NCBI GenBank assembly: GCA_030593885.1
Contig: JAUVGH010000005.1
Span: 4,387 to 68,386, forward strand
DNA from: Methanomassiliicoccales archaeon
GTDB taxonomy: Archaea; Thermoplasmatota; Thermoplasmata; RBG-16-68-12; SOIM01
Length of the DNA stretch: 64,000 bases
Direction: 5' to 3'
Shown: positions 54,226 through 62,716 of the stretch, piece after piece
Layout of the letters: every line of letters begins with the position of its first letter
How positions within the stretch are numbered: the first letter of the stretch is position 1
Notes under the pieces: generated by a model
What the model saw: only the letters and a program-made list of their open reading frames with translations
Database searches by the model: none
What the model was told of the DNA's origin: nothing
Program-made: the position numbers and the translations under genes

Positions 54226-55224
54226 GTGGACCCTGCAAAAGACATTTCTGCGAGCGAGATAGAGAAGTTCGCTTACTGTCCGTTGAGCTGGTGGCTGAGC
54301 GATTCTGATGATGAGCAGACACCCGAGCTGGAAGAGGGTGAGAAGAAACACAAACGCATGTCGAAGAAGATACATGACATACTCACCCACGAGGAGAAGG
54401 CAAAGGAGAATGAAACGAACGTGCTCTTCTTTGCGATCGCTGCCTCAATGGTCGCCGTTCTCGGCCTCGCGTTCCTGTACAGACCCGTACTGGACGTAAG
54501 CATGATACTGGGGGTCATCTCCCTGATATGGCTGCTTGCAGCCGTGTATTTCCTCTACAGGGCAGAAACAATCTCGACAGAATCCGAGAGGCTCCTCGCA
54601 GAGAGAATCATCCTGGTTTTCGCAATGGTAGCCACGATAGTGGCTGCGTTCATGATCATCTTCGCGCTGATCGAGGACGCCCAACTGGCAGAGATCGTCG
54701 GATCGATTGCTCTCGCGTGGCTGGTAGGTGCGACCTTCTTCCTGTACCACTCACTGAGATACATGGAACTCGCTGCAATGGCGAGGGAGAAGCATGGTAT
54801 AGGATCCAGTGACATAGTTTACATCGACGAGCTGGACGAGAAACCAAAGATGTTCATCTCCAAGAGATTCGGTCTCAGGGGAAGACCTGACTACGTTCTC
54901 CTGGCAGACGACAACCACATACCAGTGGAGGTCAAGACAGGCAGGAACCCGAGAGGACCATTGTTCTCGCACATCCTCCAGACGGCCACCTACTGCCTTC
55001 TACTGGAAGAGGAATACGGCAAACCCCCTCCGTTCGGACTTCTGAGATACGAGAGCAGCCAGCACGAGATAGACTACACCCCGGACCTGAAGAAGCTCGT
55101 TCTGAGCAAACTCATTGAAATGAGGGAGCTGATGGAGACCAAGAAGGTGCACAGGAACCACAATAGAAAGGGCAAATGCATTCACTGTTCCAGAAGGGAC
55201 AAATGCCCAGAGAAGCTGGCCTAA
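54226..55224 (+). CDS. Cas4-like PD-(D/E)xK nuclease with a four-helix transmembrane insertion
   Basis: - Cas4 hallmarks appear in order: the N-terminal Cys in EKFAYCPLSWWL, GRPDYVLLADDNHIPVEVKTG (D...ExK), QTATYCLLLEE (QxxxY), and the C-terminal GKCIHCSRRDKC.
- Between the first Cys and the core lie four hydrophobic helices: VLFFAIAASMVAVLGLAFLY, MILGVISLIWLLAAVYFLY, IILVFAMVATIVAAFMIIFALI, IVGSIALAWLVGATFFLY.
- GTG start 8 nt after the upstream stop. Confidence 0.7.
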   Translation: MDPAKDISASEIEKFAYCPLSWWLSDSDDEQTPELEEGEKKHKRMSKKIHDILTHEEKAKENETNVLFFAIAASMVAVLGLAFLYRPVLDVSMILGVISLIWLLAAVYFLYRAETISTESERLLAERIILVFAMVATIVAAFMIIFALIEDAQLAEIVGSIALAWLVGATFFLYHSLRYMELAAMAREKHGIGSSDIVYIDELDEKPKMFISKRFGLRGRPDYVLLADDNHIPVEVKTGRNPRGPLFSHILQTATYCLLLEEEYGKPPPFGLLRYESSQHEIDYTPDLKKLVLSKLIEMRELMETKKVHRNHNRKGKCIHCSRRDKCPEKLA

Positions 55225-55529
55225 TCCTTCTCTTCTTCAACCAGGTCATCGATCTTCTTCTTGATCTCCTTGACCTCTTTTCTCATCTGGAGCATCTCTT
55301 CCTCGAAAGGCGTGAAGCTCTTTACAGAAAATATCCTGTGAGAGATCAGGACCCCCATGAACGCTGCGCCGACGACCGCAAGCACGGCGATGATTACGAG
55401 AGCCAGAACGAACACGAAGAAGTAGGATATCAGGTCTGTCAGCCTGATGGCCTCGGTTATCTCGGCGACGAAGATGGAGAAGAGAACAATGACGACTATC
55501 AGCCAGAGAACGACCCATCTGAGCCTCAT
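55221..55529 (-). CDS. Small two-TM membrane protein with a charged C-terminal helix
   Basis: 102-aa ORF with two hydrophobic helices and the tail EEEMLQMRKEVKEIKKKIDDLVEEEKD. It competes with overlapping ORFs in other frames. Confidence 0.45.
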   Translation of the reverse strand: MRLRWVVLWLIVVIVLFSIFVAEITEAIRLTDLISYFFVFVLALVIIAVLAVVGAAFMGVLISHRIFSVKSFTPFEEEMLQMRKEVKEIKKKIDDLVEEEKD

Positions 55530-56035
55530 CAGGACTCGACCTCCTGGGAAATGACGTCCCTGTAAGGGAATGAATCTTCGGTTGTGATGATCGGTTCCTC
55601 CCTGTCTGGCAGGAGCACATTGATGATGGGGTCGCCATCAATATCCTCGCCGATCTCGACCTCGCAGCCGTACTCCAAGATGTCCTCCCCCACCATAATG
55701 GTGATGTTGAGCTGGAAATGTGTTGAATGGACGTCCTGTACGATGACCGTCACACCAATCGTATTGTAGCTGGTGTCGGATGAGCTCCAGTTGTTCCCGG
55801 AAATGTCCAGGACATCCATCGTAACGTACGGGTATCTGGTCGTTTCCACGGCGCCCTCAACGTAGATGCGGGTCTCCCCCTCGGCGTGATCGATCAGCAG
55901 CCTGGGAATGGCACCCAGAGAACTGCCTCTTTCGAGGAACAGAGGCGTCAACAAGACGAGTGCGAGAAGGACCAGCACCGTCCCGAACATCAGTATCCTC
56001 CTGAGCATCGAATTGCCAACAGGATGCGAGTACAT
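55529..56035 (-). CDS. Signal-anchored protein of unknown function
   Basis: 168-aa ORF with an N-terminal hydrophobic helix (ILMFGTVLVLLALVLLTPLFL). It directly abuts the downstream small membrane protein gene. Confidence 0.45.
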   Translation of the reverse strand: MYSHPVGNSMLRRILMFGTVLVLLALVLLTPLFLERGSSLGAIPRLLIDHAEGETRIYVEGAVETTRYPYVTMDVLDISGNNWSSSDTSYNTIGVTVIVQDVHSTHFQLNITIMVGEDILEYGCEVEIGEDIDGDPIINVLLPDREEPIITTEDSFPYRDVISQEVES

Positions 56036-56078
56036 AAATCTTGGTTAGATAAAGCCATACCAGCGTTATACGGTCAAC

Positions 56079-56094
56079 AAAAAGAAAAAAAAAG
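56079..56094 (-). terminator. Oligo-T tract (archaeal terminator-like) downstream of the RHH gene
   Basis: The minus strand reads TTTTTTTTTTCTTTTT about 75 nt after the stop at 56170. Confidence 0.4.
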
Positions 56095-56169
56095 GGGGGG
56101 AGGTAATCGTGACCAGGATGGACCTCTCCTAAAAGGGGGGGATCCCATCCCTTGTGAGTGCTGACAAGG

Positions 56170-56514
56170 CTACTTCTTCAGGTACTGCTTACGGATCTCT
56201 TCCAGTTGCGCTATGGACCTCTCTGCGTCCTGCATCTTCTTGAGCTTCTCGGCGACCAGGTCCACCCTGTCGTACACCAAGTTCCTCACTGCGGCCCGTA
56301 TCGCTTCAGATCGTGTAGGAAAATCGTCCATCTCAACCAGGTAATCAATCGCGTCCAAGAATCTCTTGGGAACGCGAATAGTGACCTTCCCGTAGTCCGA
56401 TTTCACTGTACCACCCGATGCCTTCTGTACGTCCTCTGTATGTCCTTTGTCTGACGGTCGTATGATATCATTAGATATAAATGTTCTTATTAAAACCGTG
56501 TGCATGAGTGTCAC
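56170..56514 (-). CDS. Ribbon-helix-helix (CopG/NikR-N-like) transcriptional regulator
   Basis: GKVTIRVPKRFLDAIDYLVEMDDFPTRSEAIRAAVRNLV is a canonical RHH, followed by a C-terminal coiled coil. The true start may be an internal GTG (VKSDYGKV...). Confidence 0.65.
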   Translation of the reverse strand: MTLMHTVLIRTFISNDIIRPSDKGHTEDVQKASGGTVKSDYGKVTIRVPKRFLDAIDYLVEMDDFPTRSEAIRAAVRNLVYDRVDLVAEKLKKMQDAERSIAQLEEIRKQYLKK

Positions 56515-56567
56515 TCACAATCCCCCAACCCGAATTCTTTAAGTGTGAGTCGTTTATCTGCCCCACC

Positions 56568-57695
56568 ATGGACCTCGAAGATAACGTCTTTATGTTGCCC
56601 GGACCAGTGAAGATCCATCCCAGGATACTCAGGGTCATGAGCAAGCCTTCAGTGGCGCATAGGTCGCCCGAGTTCACTGAGGTGATAGGAGACATAAGAG
56701 ACCTTCTCAAGTACATGTTCGACAGCGACAACGATGTTGCCCTGATCTCGGGATCCGGGACCGCTGGCATGGATATGGCGATCTCCAACCTCTTCGGAAA
56801 GGATGACAAGGTGCTGAACATCACCAACGGCAAGTTCGGTGAGAGGTTCGGTGAGCTGAGTGAAATGTATTCCAACTCCGTCGCTCTTGACTTCCCCTGG
56901 GGCAAGCCGCCCAACCTGGAGGATGTCGCCGCAGAACTGGAAAAAGGCGATTTCAAGGGCGTCACGCTGTGCCACAACGAGACGTCCACAGGACTCACGA
57001 ATCCCGCTCCGGAGATAGGCGCACTGGCCAAGAAGCACGATGCGTTGTTTGTCATGGACGGTATAACATCGATCGGAGGACTTGATGTCAAGCTGGATGA
57101 ATGGGGTGTGGACGTTGCGCTCATGGGATCCCAGAAATGCCTGGGGGCTCCAGCTGGTATCTCGGCGCTGTCGGTCTCGGAGAGGGCGATGGAAGAATCG
57201 TACGACGACGCCTCCTACTATCTCAATCTGAAGAAACACGTGACCAAGATGAGGGAGAAGAGCCAGACGCCTTGGACACCGGCCGTGCCGCTCCTGCCTG
57301 CGCTTAGGGAATCGCTCCTGATGTTGAAGGAAGAGGGGCTCCTGAACAGGATCGGACGAATAGCCAAGCTCGGCCAGGCCACTAGAGCGGCCGTTAAGGC
57401 TTTGGGGATCGATCTGTTCCCTGAAAGGGAGTACGCATCCAACACGGTGAATGCCATGCTCTACCCCGAGGGCATAGACGACTCGTTCCGAGACATACTG
57501 AAGAAGAAGCACAACGTGATTGTCGGAGGGGCACAGGCACACATCAAGGGCAAGGTCTTCAGGATAGGCACCATGGGCGTGTGCACATTCACTGACCTGA
57601 TGGCATGCTTCGGTGGGATCGAGTCCACGCTCAAGGAAATGGGTCACGAGTTCGAAGAAGGCGCTGGTACTGGCGCGATAGTGGAGTATATGTAG
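56568..57695 (+). CDS. Class V aminotransferase (serine-pyruvate / alanine-glyoxylate type)
   Basis: The N-terminal MLPGPVKIHPRIL, the SGSGTAGMD block and MGSQKCLGAPAG (PLP-Lys context) are typical of the family. ATG 56568 is preferred over 56508. Confidence 0.8.
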   Translation: MDLEDNVFMLPGPVKIHPRILRVMSKPSVAHRSPEFTEVIGDIRDLLKYMFDSDNDVALISGSGTAGMDMAISNLFGKDDKVLNITNGKFGERFGELSEMYSNSVALDFPWGKPPNLEDVAAELEKGDFKGVTLCHNETSTGLTNPAPEIGALAKKHDALFVMDGITSIGGLDVKLDEWGVDVALMGSQKCLGAPAGISALSVSERAMEESYDDASYYLNLKKHVTKMREKSQTPWTPAVPLLPALRESLLMLKEEGLLNRIGRIAKLGQATRAAVKALGIDLFPEREYASNTVNAMLYPEGIDDSFRDILKKKHNVIVGGAQAHIKGKVFRIGTMGVCTFTDLMACFGGIESTLKEMGHEFEEGAGTGAIVEYM

Positions 57696-57696
57696 A

Positions 57697-58677
57697 CTAT
57701 CTCCAGGTCACGTCCACATCATCCGTTCTGAATCTCTGGTTGATCTGAGTATCATCTATTGTCATTCTTATTCCGGACCCGTACTCCAGAAAGCCGGTCC
57801 AGGCTATCATGGCACCGTTGTCGACGCACAGCGATGGATCTGGAACGAACTTGCTAGCTCCCCTATCCTTTGCCATCCGATCCACCATTTCACCGAGCCT
57901 CTTGTTGCAGGCGACCCCCCCGCCGAGCAGGACCTCGTTCTTCTCCAGATGCGCCATGGCCCTCTCGGTCACTTCCGTCACCATTGCGAAACTTGTCTCC
58001 TGAAGGGAGGCGCAGACGTCCTCCAGGCCCTCGCCTTTCTTGTGGAGGTTCAAAGCCGCGGTCAGGATGCCCGAGAACGCCACGTCCATACCTTTCACTG
58101 AATATGGCAGTTGTAATAGCTTGTCGCCTTTTTCCGCGAGTGCCTCTATGGCCGGACCCGAGGGGAAGGAAAGACCGACCTCCCTGCCGAACTTGTCCAG
58201 CATGTTGCCTATGCCGATGTCAAGCGTTTCCCCGAGAACGCGGTATCTCTTCTCTGTGAATGCGATGACCTGTGTGTTCCCACCAGAAAGGTACAGCAGA
58301 ACCGGGTCCTCGCAGCCCGTGGTCTTCCTCCCGATCTCCAGATGTGCGATGCAGTGGTTCACTCCTATGATGGGTTTGTCGAGGGAAATGGCAAGCGCTC
58401 TGGCACCTGTGGCAACCGTCCTCAGACACGGACCAAGGCCGGGACCCTGGGAGAAGGCCACCAGATCCACGTCTTCGAACCTCTTCCCCGCTGACTTGAG
58501 CGACTTCTTGACGAGGTGGATAAGGACGTCGGCATGGTGGTTGGCCGCCTCTCTGGGATGTATCCCTCCCTCCAGAGGTTCATACATGTCCGTGAGGTTG
58601 GACAGGATGTTGCAGTTCTCGTCGACGATGCCCACACCAACGGTATGAGCCGTTCCTTCGATGCCAAGACAGAGCAC
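57697..58677 (-). CDS. kae1: tRNA N6-adenosine threonylcarbamoyltransferase Kae1
   Basis: LGIEGTAHTVGVGIV, GVNHCIAHLE (metal-binding His pair), YLSGGNTQ and GGVACNKRL are present. 326 aa, with no Bud32 fusion. Confidence 0.9.
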   Translation of the reverse strand: MLCLGIEGTAHTVGVGIVDENCNILSNLTDMYEPLEGGIHPREAANHHADVLIHLVKKSLKSAGKRFEDVDLVAFSQGPGLGPCLRTVATGARALAISLDKPIIGVNHCIAHLEIGRKTTGCEDPVLLYLSGGNTQVIAFTEKRYRVLGETLDIGIGNMLDKFGREVGLSFPSGPAIEALAEKGDKLLQLPYSVKGMDVAFSGILTAALNLHKKGEGLEDVCASLQETSFAMVTEVTERAMAHLEKNEVLLGGGVACNKRLGEMVDRMAKDRGASKFVPDPSLCVDNGAMIAWTGFLEYGSGIRMTIDDTQINQRFRTDDVDVTWR

Positions 58678-58909
58678 GCAAGAAGATTGACGACCTTCCT
58701 AAAATCCTTTCCCAATCGGTTTGTTGCTGGTTTCGGATATTGGAAGCCGTGATTAGTCAATTCAATGCTCGGATTCGTCCAAAAGTTCTCGTTTCATGAG
58801 AAATGGTTAAGTAGAAATCAGCATATCCTCGAGAACGTATCCGCGCCCTACTGTGGAGGGCGAGGGTGACAACTCTGTAGATCTATGACTTATCGGGGAG
58901 GAACGGAAA

Positions 58910-60298
58910 ATGAATGACGCTGCTGAGGAAGGCGACAAGAGCAAGAAAGCTCCTAGCGAGGAAGAAGTGGAGAAGTTGATTCACAAGGCTGAACTGCCGG
59001 CAAGGCAGGCTGCAGTCTACCATCCATTCTATGAAGGAAAGATCGAGATCATGCCCAAGGTCAGAATCAAGGATTTCAACGACTTTTCCATCTGGTACAC
59101 ACCGGGGGTCGCGGAACCGTGCAGGATAATCGAAAAGGACCCTGAAGAAGGGTTCAGGCACACGAACAGATGGAACACCATCGCGGTCGTCTCGGACGGC
59201 ACGCGGGTCCTGGGTCTGGGGGACATCGGTCCTCTCGCCGGACTACCGGTAATGGAGGGGAAGGCCTTGCTCTTCAAGTATCTGGGAGGAGTGGACGCCT
59301 ACCCGATAGTACTGGACACGAAGGACCCGGATGAAATCATAACCGCTGTGAAATGGCTGACTCCCTCATTCGGCGGGATAAACCTCGAGGATCTGTCCCA
59401 ACCGAAGTGCTTCTACATACTTGACACTTTGAGAAAAGAGGCGACCATTCCGGTCTGGCACGACGACCAACAGGGCACGGCGACCGTAGTCGTGGCGGGG
59501 GTCATCAATGCGCTCAAGGTGGTCGGGAAGAAGATGAACGAAGCGACGATCTCCATGATAGGAGCAGGTGCTTCCAACATCGCTATCGCTAGGGTCCTGA
59601 TAGCAGCTGGAGTGAACGCTGACAACATCATAATGGCTGACAGCAAAGGCATACTCGGGCTTAACAGGACCGACATCAAAGAAAAATACCCAGAGAAATG
59701 GGCGATGGCACAGATGTCCAATAAGGAGGGACGCGAGGGTGGCACTTCAGAGTGTATGAAAGGCACCGACGTCTGCATTTCTGCCACAAAGCCAGGCCCG
59801 GGAGTCCTGAAGAAAGAATGGGTATCCTCGATGGCTGACGACTCCATCATATTCCCGATAGCAAACCCGGTTCCCGAGATTTGGCCTTGGGAGGCGAAGG
59901 AGGCTGGCGCGAGGATTATCGGTACCGGTAGGTCCGATTTCCCCAATCAAGTGAACAATTCCCTGGGCTTCCCGGGGATATTCAGGGGTACTCTGGACGT
60001 CTACGCCAAGACGATCACCGACGAGATGGTCATAGCCGCCGCGGAGGAGCTTGCACAGACAGCCGAGGACAACGGGATCCACGAAGAATACATCGTTCCA
60101 ACGATGGACGAATGGGAGGTCTTCCCGAGGGAGGCCACAGCCGTAGCACTGAAAGCCATTGAACAAGGCATCGCAAGGGTGAAGAAGAGCAGGCAGGAGA
60201 TCTTCGAGAGGGCCGAGTTCCTCATAAGGACGGCGAGGGAGAAGGTTCAGTTATTCATGAAAGAAGGTTTTATCAAGGAACCGCCACACGTTGAGTGA
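58910..60298 (+). CDS. NAD(P)-dependent malic enzyme
   Basis: IAVVSDGTRVLGLGDIGPLAGLPVMEGKALLFKYLGGVDAYPI and GAGASNIAIARVL are typical of short prokaryotic malic enzymes. GGAGG lies upstream of the ATG. Confidence 0.85.
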   Translation: MNDAAEEGDKSKKAPSEEEVEKLIHKAELPARQAAVYHPFYEGKIEIMPKVRIKDFNDFSIWYTPGVAEPCRIIEKDPEEGFRHTNRWNTIAVVSDGTRVLGLGDIGPLAGLPVMEGKALLFKYLGGVDAYPIVLDTKDPDEIITAVKWLTPSFGGINLEDLSQPKCFYILDTLRKEATIPVWHDDQQGTATVVVAGVINALKVVGKKMNEATISMIGAGASNIAIARVLIAAGVNADNIIMADSKGILGLNRTDIKEKYPEKWAMAQMSNKEGREGGTSECMKGTDVCISATKPGPGVLKKEWVSSMADDSIIFPIANPVPEIWPWEAKEAGARIIGTGRSDFPNQVNNSLGFPGIFRGTLDVYAKTITDEMVIAAAEELAQTAEDNGIHEEYIVPTMDEWEVFPREATAVALKAIEQGIARVKKSRQEIFERAEFLIRTAREKVQLFMKEGFIKEPPHVE

Positions 60299-60313
60299 GG
60301 GGGAGAGAACAGC

Positions 60314-61486
60314 TCATTCCAGTTTTCCGGTAACGAACCCGGGCAACCTATCCTTGGGTAGGATCCACCAGTAGAACTTGTTGAAGAAGATCTTCTTGAA
60401 GTACGCCATTCTTGAAAAGGGCGGAGGCACGGGCGGGTGCTCATAGTCGAAGTCCAGCATTATTCCCCTCCTGAAGCCAGCGTCGCAGAAACAGGTGACC
60501 CTTCCATCATACGTCTCACCCTGTGAGGTCCCCCGGATGTCCCCGATAATGCTCCCGGAAACGACCGAGTTCTCGTAATGGGCGGCGGTACCAGATTTTG
60601 AAACCGGTAGATTTGTGGCGTCACCGATGGCATAAACATCGTCGTAGTCAAGCACCTTCAGCGTTTCCCTGTCCGTTATGATCCAACCTCCCCTGTCACA
60701 CAGTTGAGTCGCCCGAATCACCTTGGCTCCCTTGTGGGGGGGAATGAGTATCAGAAGATCATAATCGGCAGACTCTCCTTCCAATGAATGGATCAGCTTC
60801 TTCTCCGGTTCGACGCTCTCAACGTTGAAGAAGGTCTGGCTCTTGATGTTCTTCATCTCGAAGACCTTTGAGACGAGAGGGTCGATCGGCTCGATCGGGA
60901 ATATCCGGGGAAGAGGGGAAAGGAGCTCGATTGTAACCTTGTCCCTGATGCCCCTTCTGTGGAAGTAATAGTCCATGAGGCAGGCTGACTCTGCAGGAGC
61001 TGGAGGGCATTTGTACGGAACACCGCCGATACCTATGACGATCCTACCGCCGTTGAATTTGGCCAATGCCTTCCGCAGTTTCACTGAGGATTCAGTATCG
61101 TAGAAATGATGCGCGTCCTCGGACCCGGGTATATCTTCCGGATGTATTTCCGCACCCGTTGCCAGCACGAGGTAATCATATTCCAGCTTCTTGTCCTTCG
61201 ACGTTATGACCTTTCGATCATCCACATCGATCTTGACCGCCTTGTCGACCACCAGATTCACATTCCTCCTGAGCAGTTTCCTTTCATCCTTCACGATCTT
61301 GTGCGGTTTCTCATTCCCAAAGGAGATGTAGATGAAACCTGGCTGGTAAACATGCTTTCCATCCTCGTCCACGATAGTGATCTCGGCCTCTTCCTTCTTC
61401 AGGCCCTTGGCAAGTGAGTTGGCGACCATCGTTCCCCCCACTCCACCACCCAGAACTACAACTTTCTTCGTCACTTGATGCAACAC
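60314..61486 (-). CDS. FAD-dependent pyridine nucleotide-disulfide oxidoreductase, sulfide:quinone oxidoreductase-like
   Basis: N-terminal KKVVVLGGGVGGTMVANSL (FAD GxGxxG). The size of about 390 aa, YAIGDATN and the context next to TusA/DsrE-like genes also fit. Confidence 0.6.
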   Translation of the reverse strand: MLHQVTKKVVVLGGGVGGTMVANSLAKGLKKEEAEITIVDEDGKHVYQPGFIYISFGNEKPHKIVKDERKLLRRNVNLVVDKAVKIDVDDRKVITSKDKKLEYDYLVLATGAEIHPEDIPGSEDAHHFYDTESSVKLRKALAKFNGGRIVIGIGGVPYKCPPAPAESACLMDYYFHRRGIRDKVTIELLSPLPRIFPIEPIDPLVSKVFEMKNIKSQTFFNVESVEPEKKLIHSLEGESADYDLLILIPPHKGAKVIRATQLCDRGGWIITDRETLKVLDYDDVYAIGDATNLPVSKSGTAAHYENSVVSGSIIGDIRGTSQGETYDGRVTCFCDAGFRRGIMLDFDYEHPPVPPPFSRMAYFKKIFFNKFYWWILPKDRLPGFVTGKLE

Positions 61487-61520
61487 TCCATTCGAAAGCG
61501 TCCGAGAATAGCCATCACGA

Positions 61521-61763
61521 CTATTTCAATTTCTTCACGACTATCCTGTCATGATCCCCTTTGTCGAATACTCCAATGAGCTCGTGTCCGGCCTTCCCGA
61601 CCCAAAGAGGAATGTCTCTCTTTGACCCGTTATCATTGGAGAGGATGGCAATCGTCTCTCCGACCTCGCCTTCCCTTATCGCACGAATGAGTTCCATCAG
61701 AGGTCCTGGGCAGAAACTGCCCCTGGCATCTATCATAACATCAGTTTCGACATCATCGGGCAT
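61521..61763 (-). CDS. TusA/SirA-like sulfur carrier protein
   Basis: DARGSFCPGPLMELIRAI contains the conserved CPxP motif. 80 aa. Confidence 0.75.
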   Translation of the reverse strand: MPDDVETDVMIDARGSFCPGPLMELIRAIREGEVGETIAILSNDNGSKRDIPLWVGKAGHELIGVFDKGDHDRIVVKKLK

Positions 61764-61787
61764 TGAACCACCAGTAAACCCACCTGT

Positions 61788-62015
61788 TTAGATAAAGAGT
61801 GTTATCTTCGCGTCCTTGGCGCTGTCGACGAACTCACCCACACCGACGATATCGTCCACGACGTCCTCGAAGCTGTCCTTGTCCAATCCCATGAGGTCTG
61901 CGGTCATCGCGCAAGCGAGAACCCTGACATTCCCCAGCTCCTTTGCGGTCCTCAATGTGTCCAGCCATGATGGAACGTTCTTCTCCTTCATCATCTGCAT
62001 CATCATGGGGGCCAT
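61788..62015 (-). CDS. DsrE-like (COG2210-type) protein, C-terminal half only; possibly truncated
   Basis: MAPMMMQMMKEKNVPSWLDTL..AKELGNVRVLACAMTADLMGLDKDSFEDVVD.IVGVGEFV...KDAKITLFI matches the C-terminal half of DsrE-like proteins. The frame is closed by a TGA 24 codons upstream of the Met, and only about 130 nt separate it from the next gene. Confidence 0.5.
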   Translation of the reverse strand: MAPMMMQMMKEKNVPSWLDTLRTAKELGNVRVLACAMTADLMGLDKDSFEDVVDDIVGVGEFVDSAKDAKITLFI

Positions 62016-62116
62016 ATCTTCGAAGTCCTTGCTCGGTATACCCTCATCTCCTCGATGTTGATCATGGTAATTCCCCCTGTTACGGCGTCAGTACTGAAAC
62101 ACGGTCAAAAGAAAAA

Positions 62117-62128
62117 AACGTTCGCTTT
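62117..62128 (-). terminator. Oligo-T tract downstream of the GTPase gene
   Basis: The minus strand reads TTTTTTTCTTTT starting about 19 nt after the stop at 62147. Confidence 0.4.
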
Positions 62129-62146
62129 GGAGGGACTCGGCACTGG

Positions 62147-62716
62147 CTAGTTGTCCACAAGCTTCGCCCTGAGGTTCTGTCTTGCCAGAAGTCTTGCGAT
62201 GTCTTCGAATGCCGGCTCCACGTTCGAGCCTGTCTTTGCACTGGTCAGTTTATGTGTGGACTCGTAATTCTCGGACAGCTTCTCGATGTCGCTCTCGGTG
62301 ATAACGTACTCACCCTCGAGATCTGCCTTGTTGGCCAGGAGCTCGACAGGGATCTTGCCGGTGACGTTGAACGCGTTCATTATCCAGTCCTCGAGGCTCT
62401 CGAACGTCTCTCCAGCTGTCAGATCGCAAACCGCGATCAGTCCTTGAGCGCCGAAGAAATAGGCCTCCCTAAGCAGGCTCCTGAACTCCTTGGCACCCAT
62501 GATGTCGTAGATTATCATGGCGATCTCGTACTCGATCCCCAGCTCCGGGAATGGGACTATCTCGTTCTTCTTGGTGACCTTTGCTCCGAGAGTTGCCAGA
62601 TACTTGTCCTCAAAGGTGTCATAAACGAATCTTCTGACAAGACTGGTCTTCCCCACGGAGTTGTCTCCGACCATGCAGACCTTGGCCTTTATCTTCTCAC
62701 GTCTCAGGGGCGCCAC
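62147..62716 (-). CDS. Ras/Rab-like small GTPase
   Basis: G1 is GDNSVGKTS, the switch I Thr is in YLATLG, G3 is DIMG, G4 is NKAD and G5 is SAK. 189 aa. Confidence 0.8.
   Translation of the reverse strand: MAPLRREKIKAKVCMVGDNSVGKTSLVRRFVYDTFEDKYLATLGAKVTKKNEIVPFPELGIEYEIAMIIYDIMGAKEFRSLLREAYFFGAQGLIAVCDLTAGETFESLEDWIMNAFNVTGKIPVELLANKADLEGEYVITESDIEKLSENYESTHKLTSAKTGSNVEPAFEDIARLLARQNLRAKLVDN

Noticed and set aside
56079-56141. Homopolymer-rich spacer with A5GA10G6 at 56079..56100 and a second AAAAGGGGGGG at 56131..56141. I considered it as a possible G-quadruplex or slippage switch.
   Set aside because: Only two long G-runs are present, so it is not a canonical four-run G4. The tract lies between genes. 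The minus-strand oligo-T reading as a terminator is the simpler explanation.
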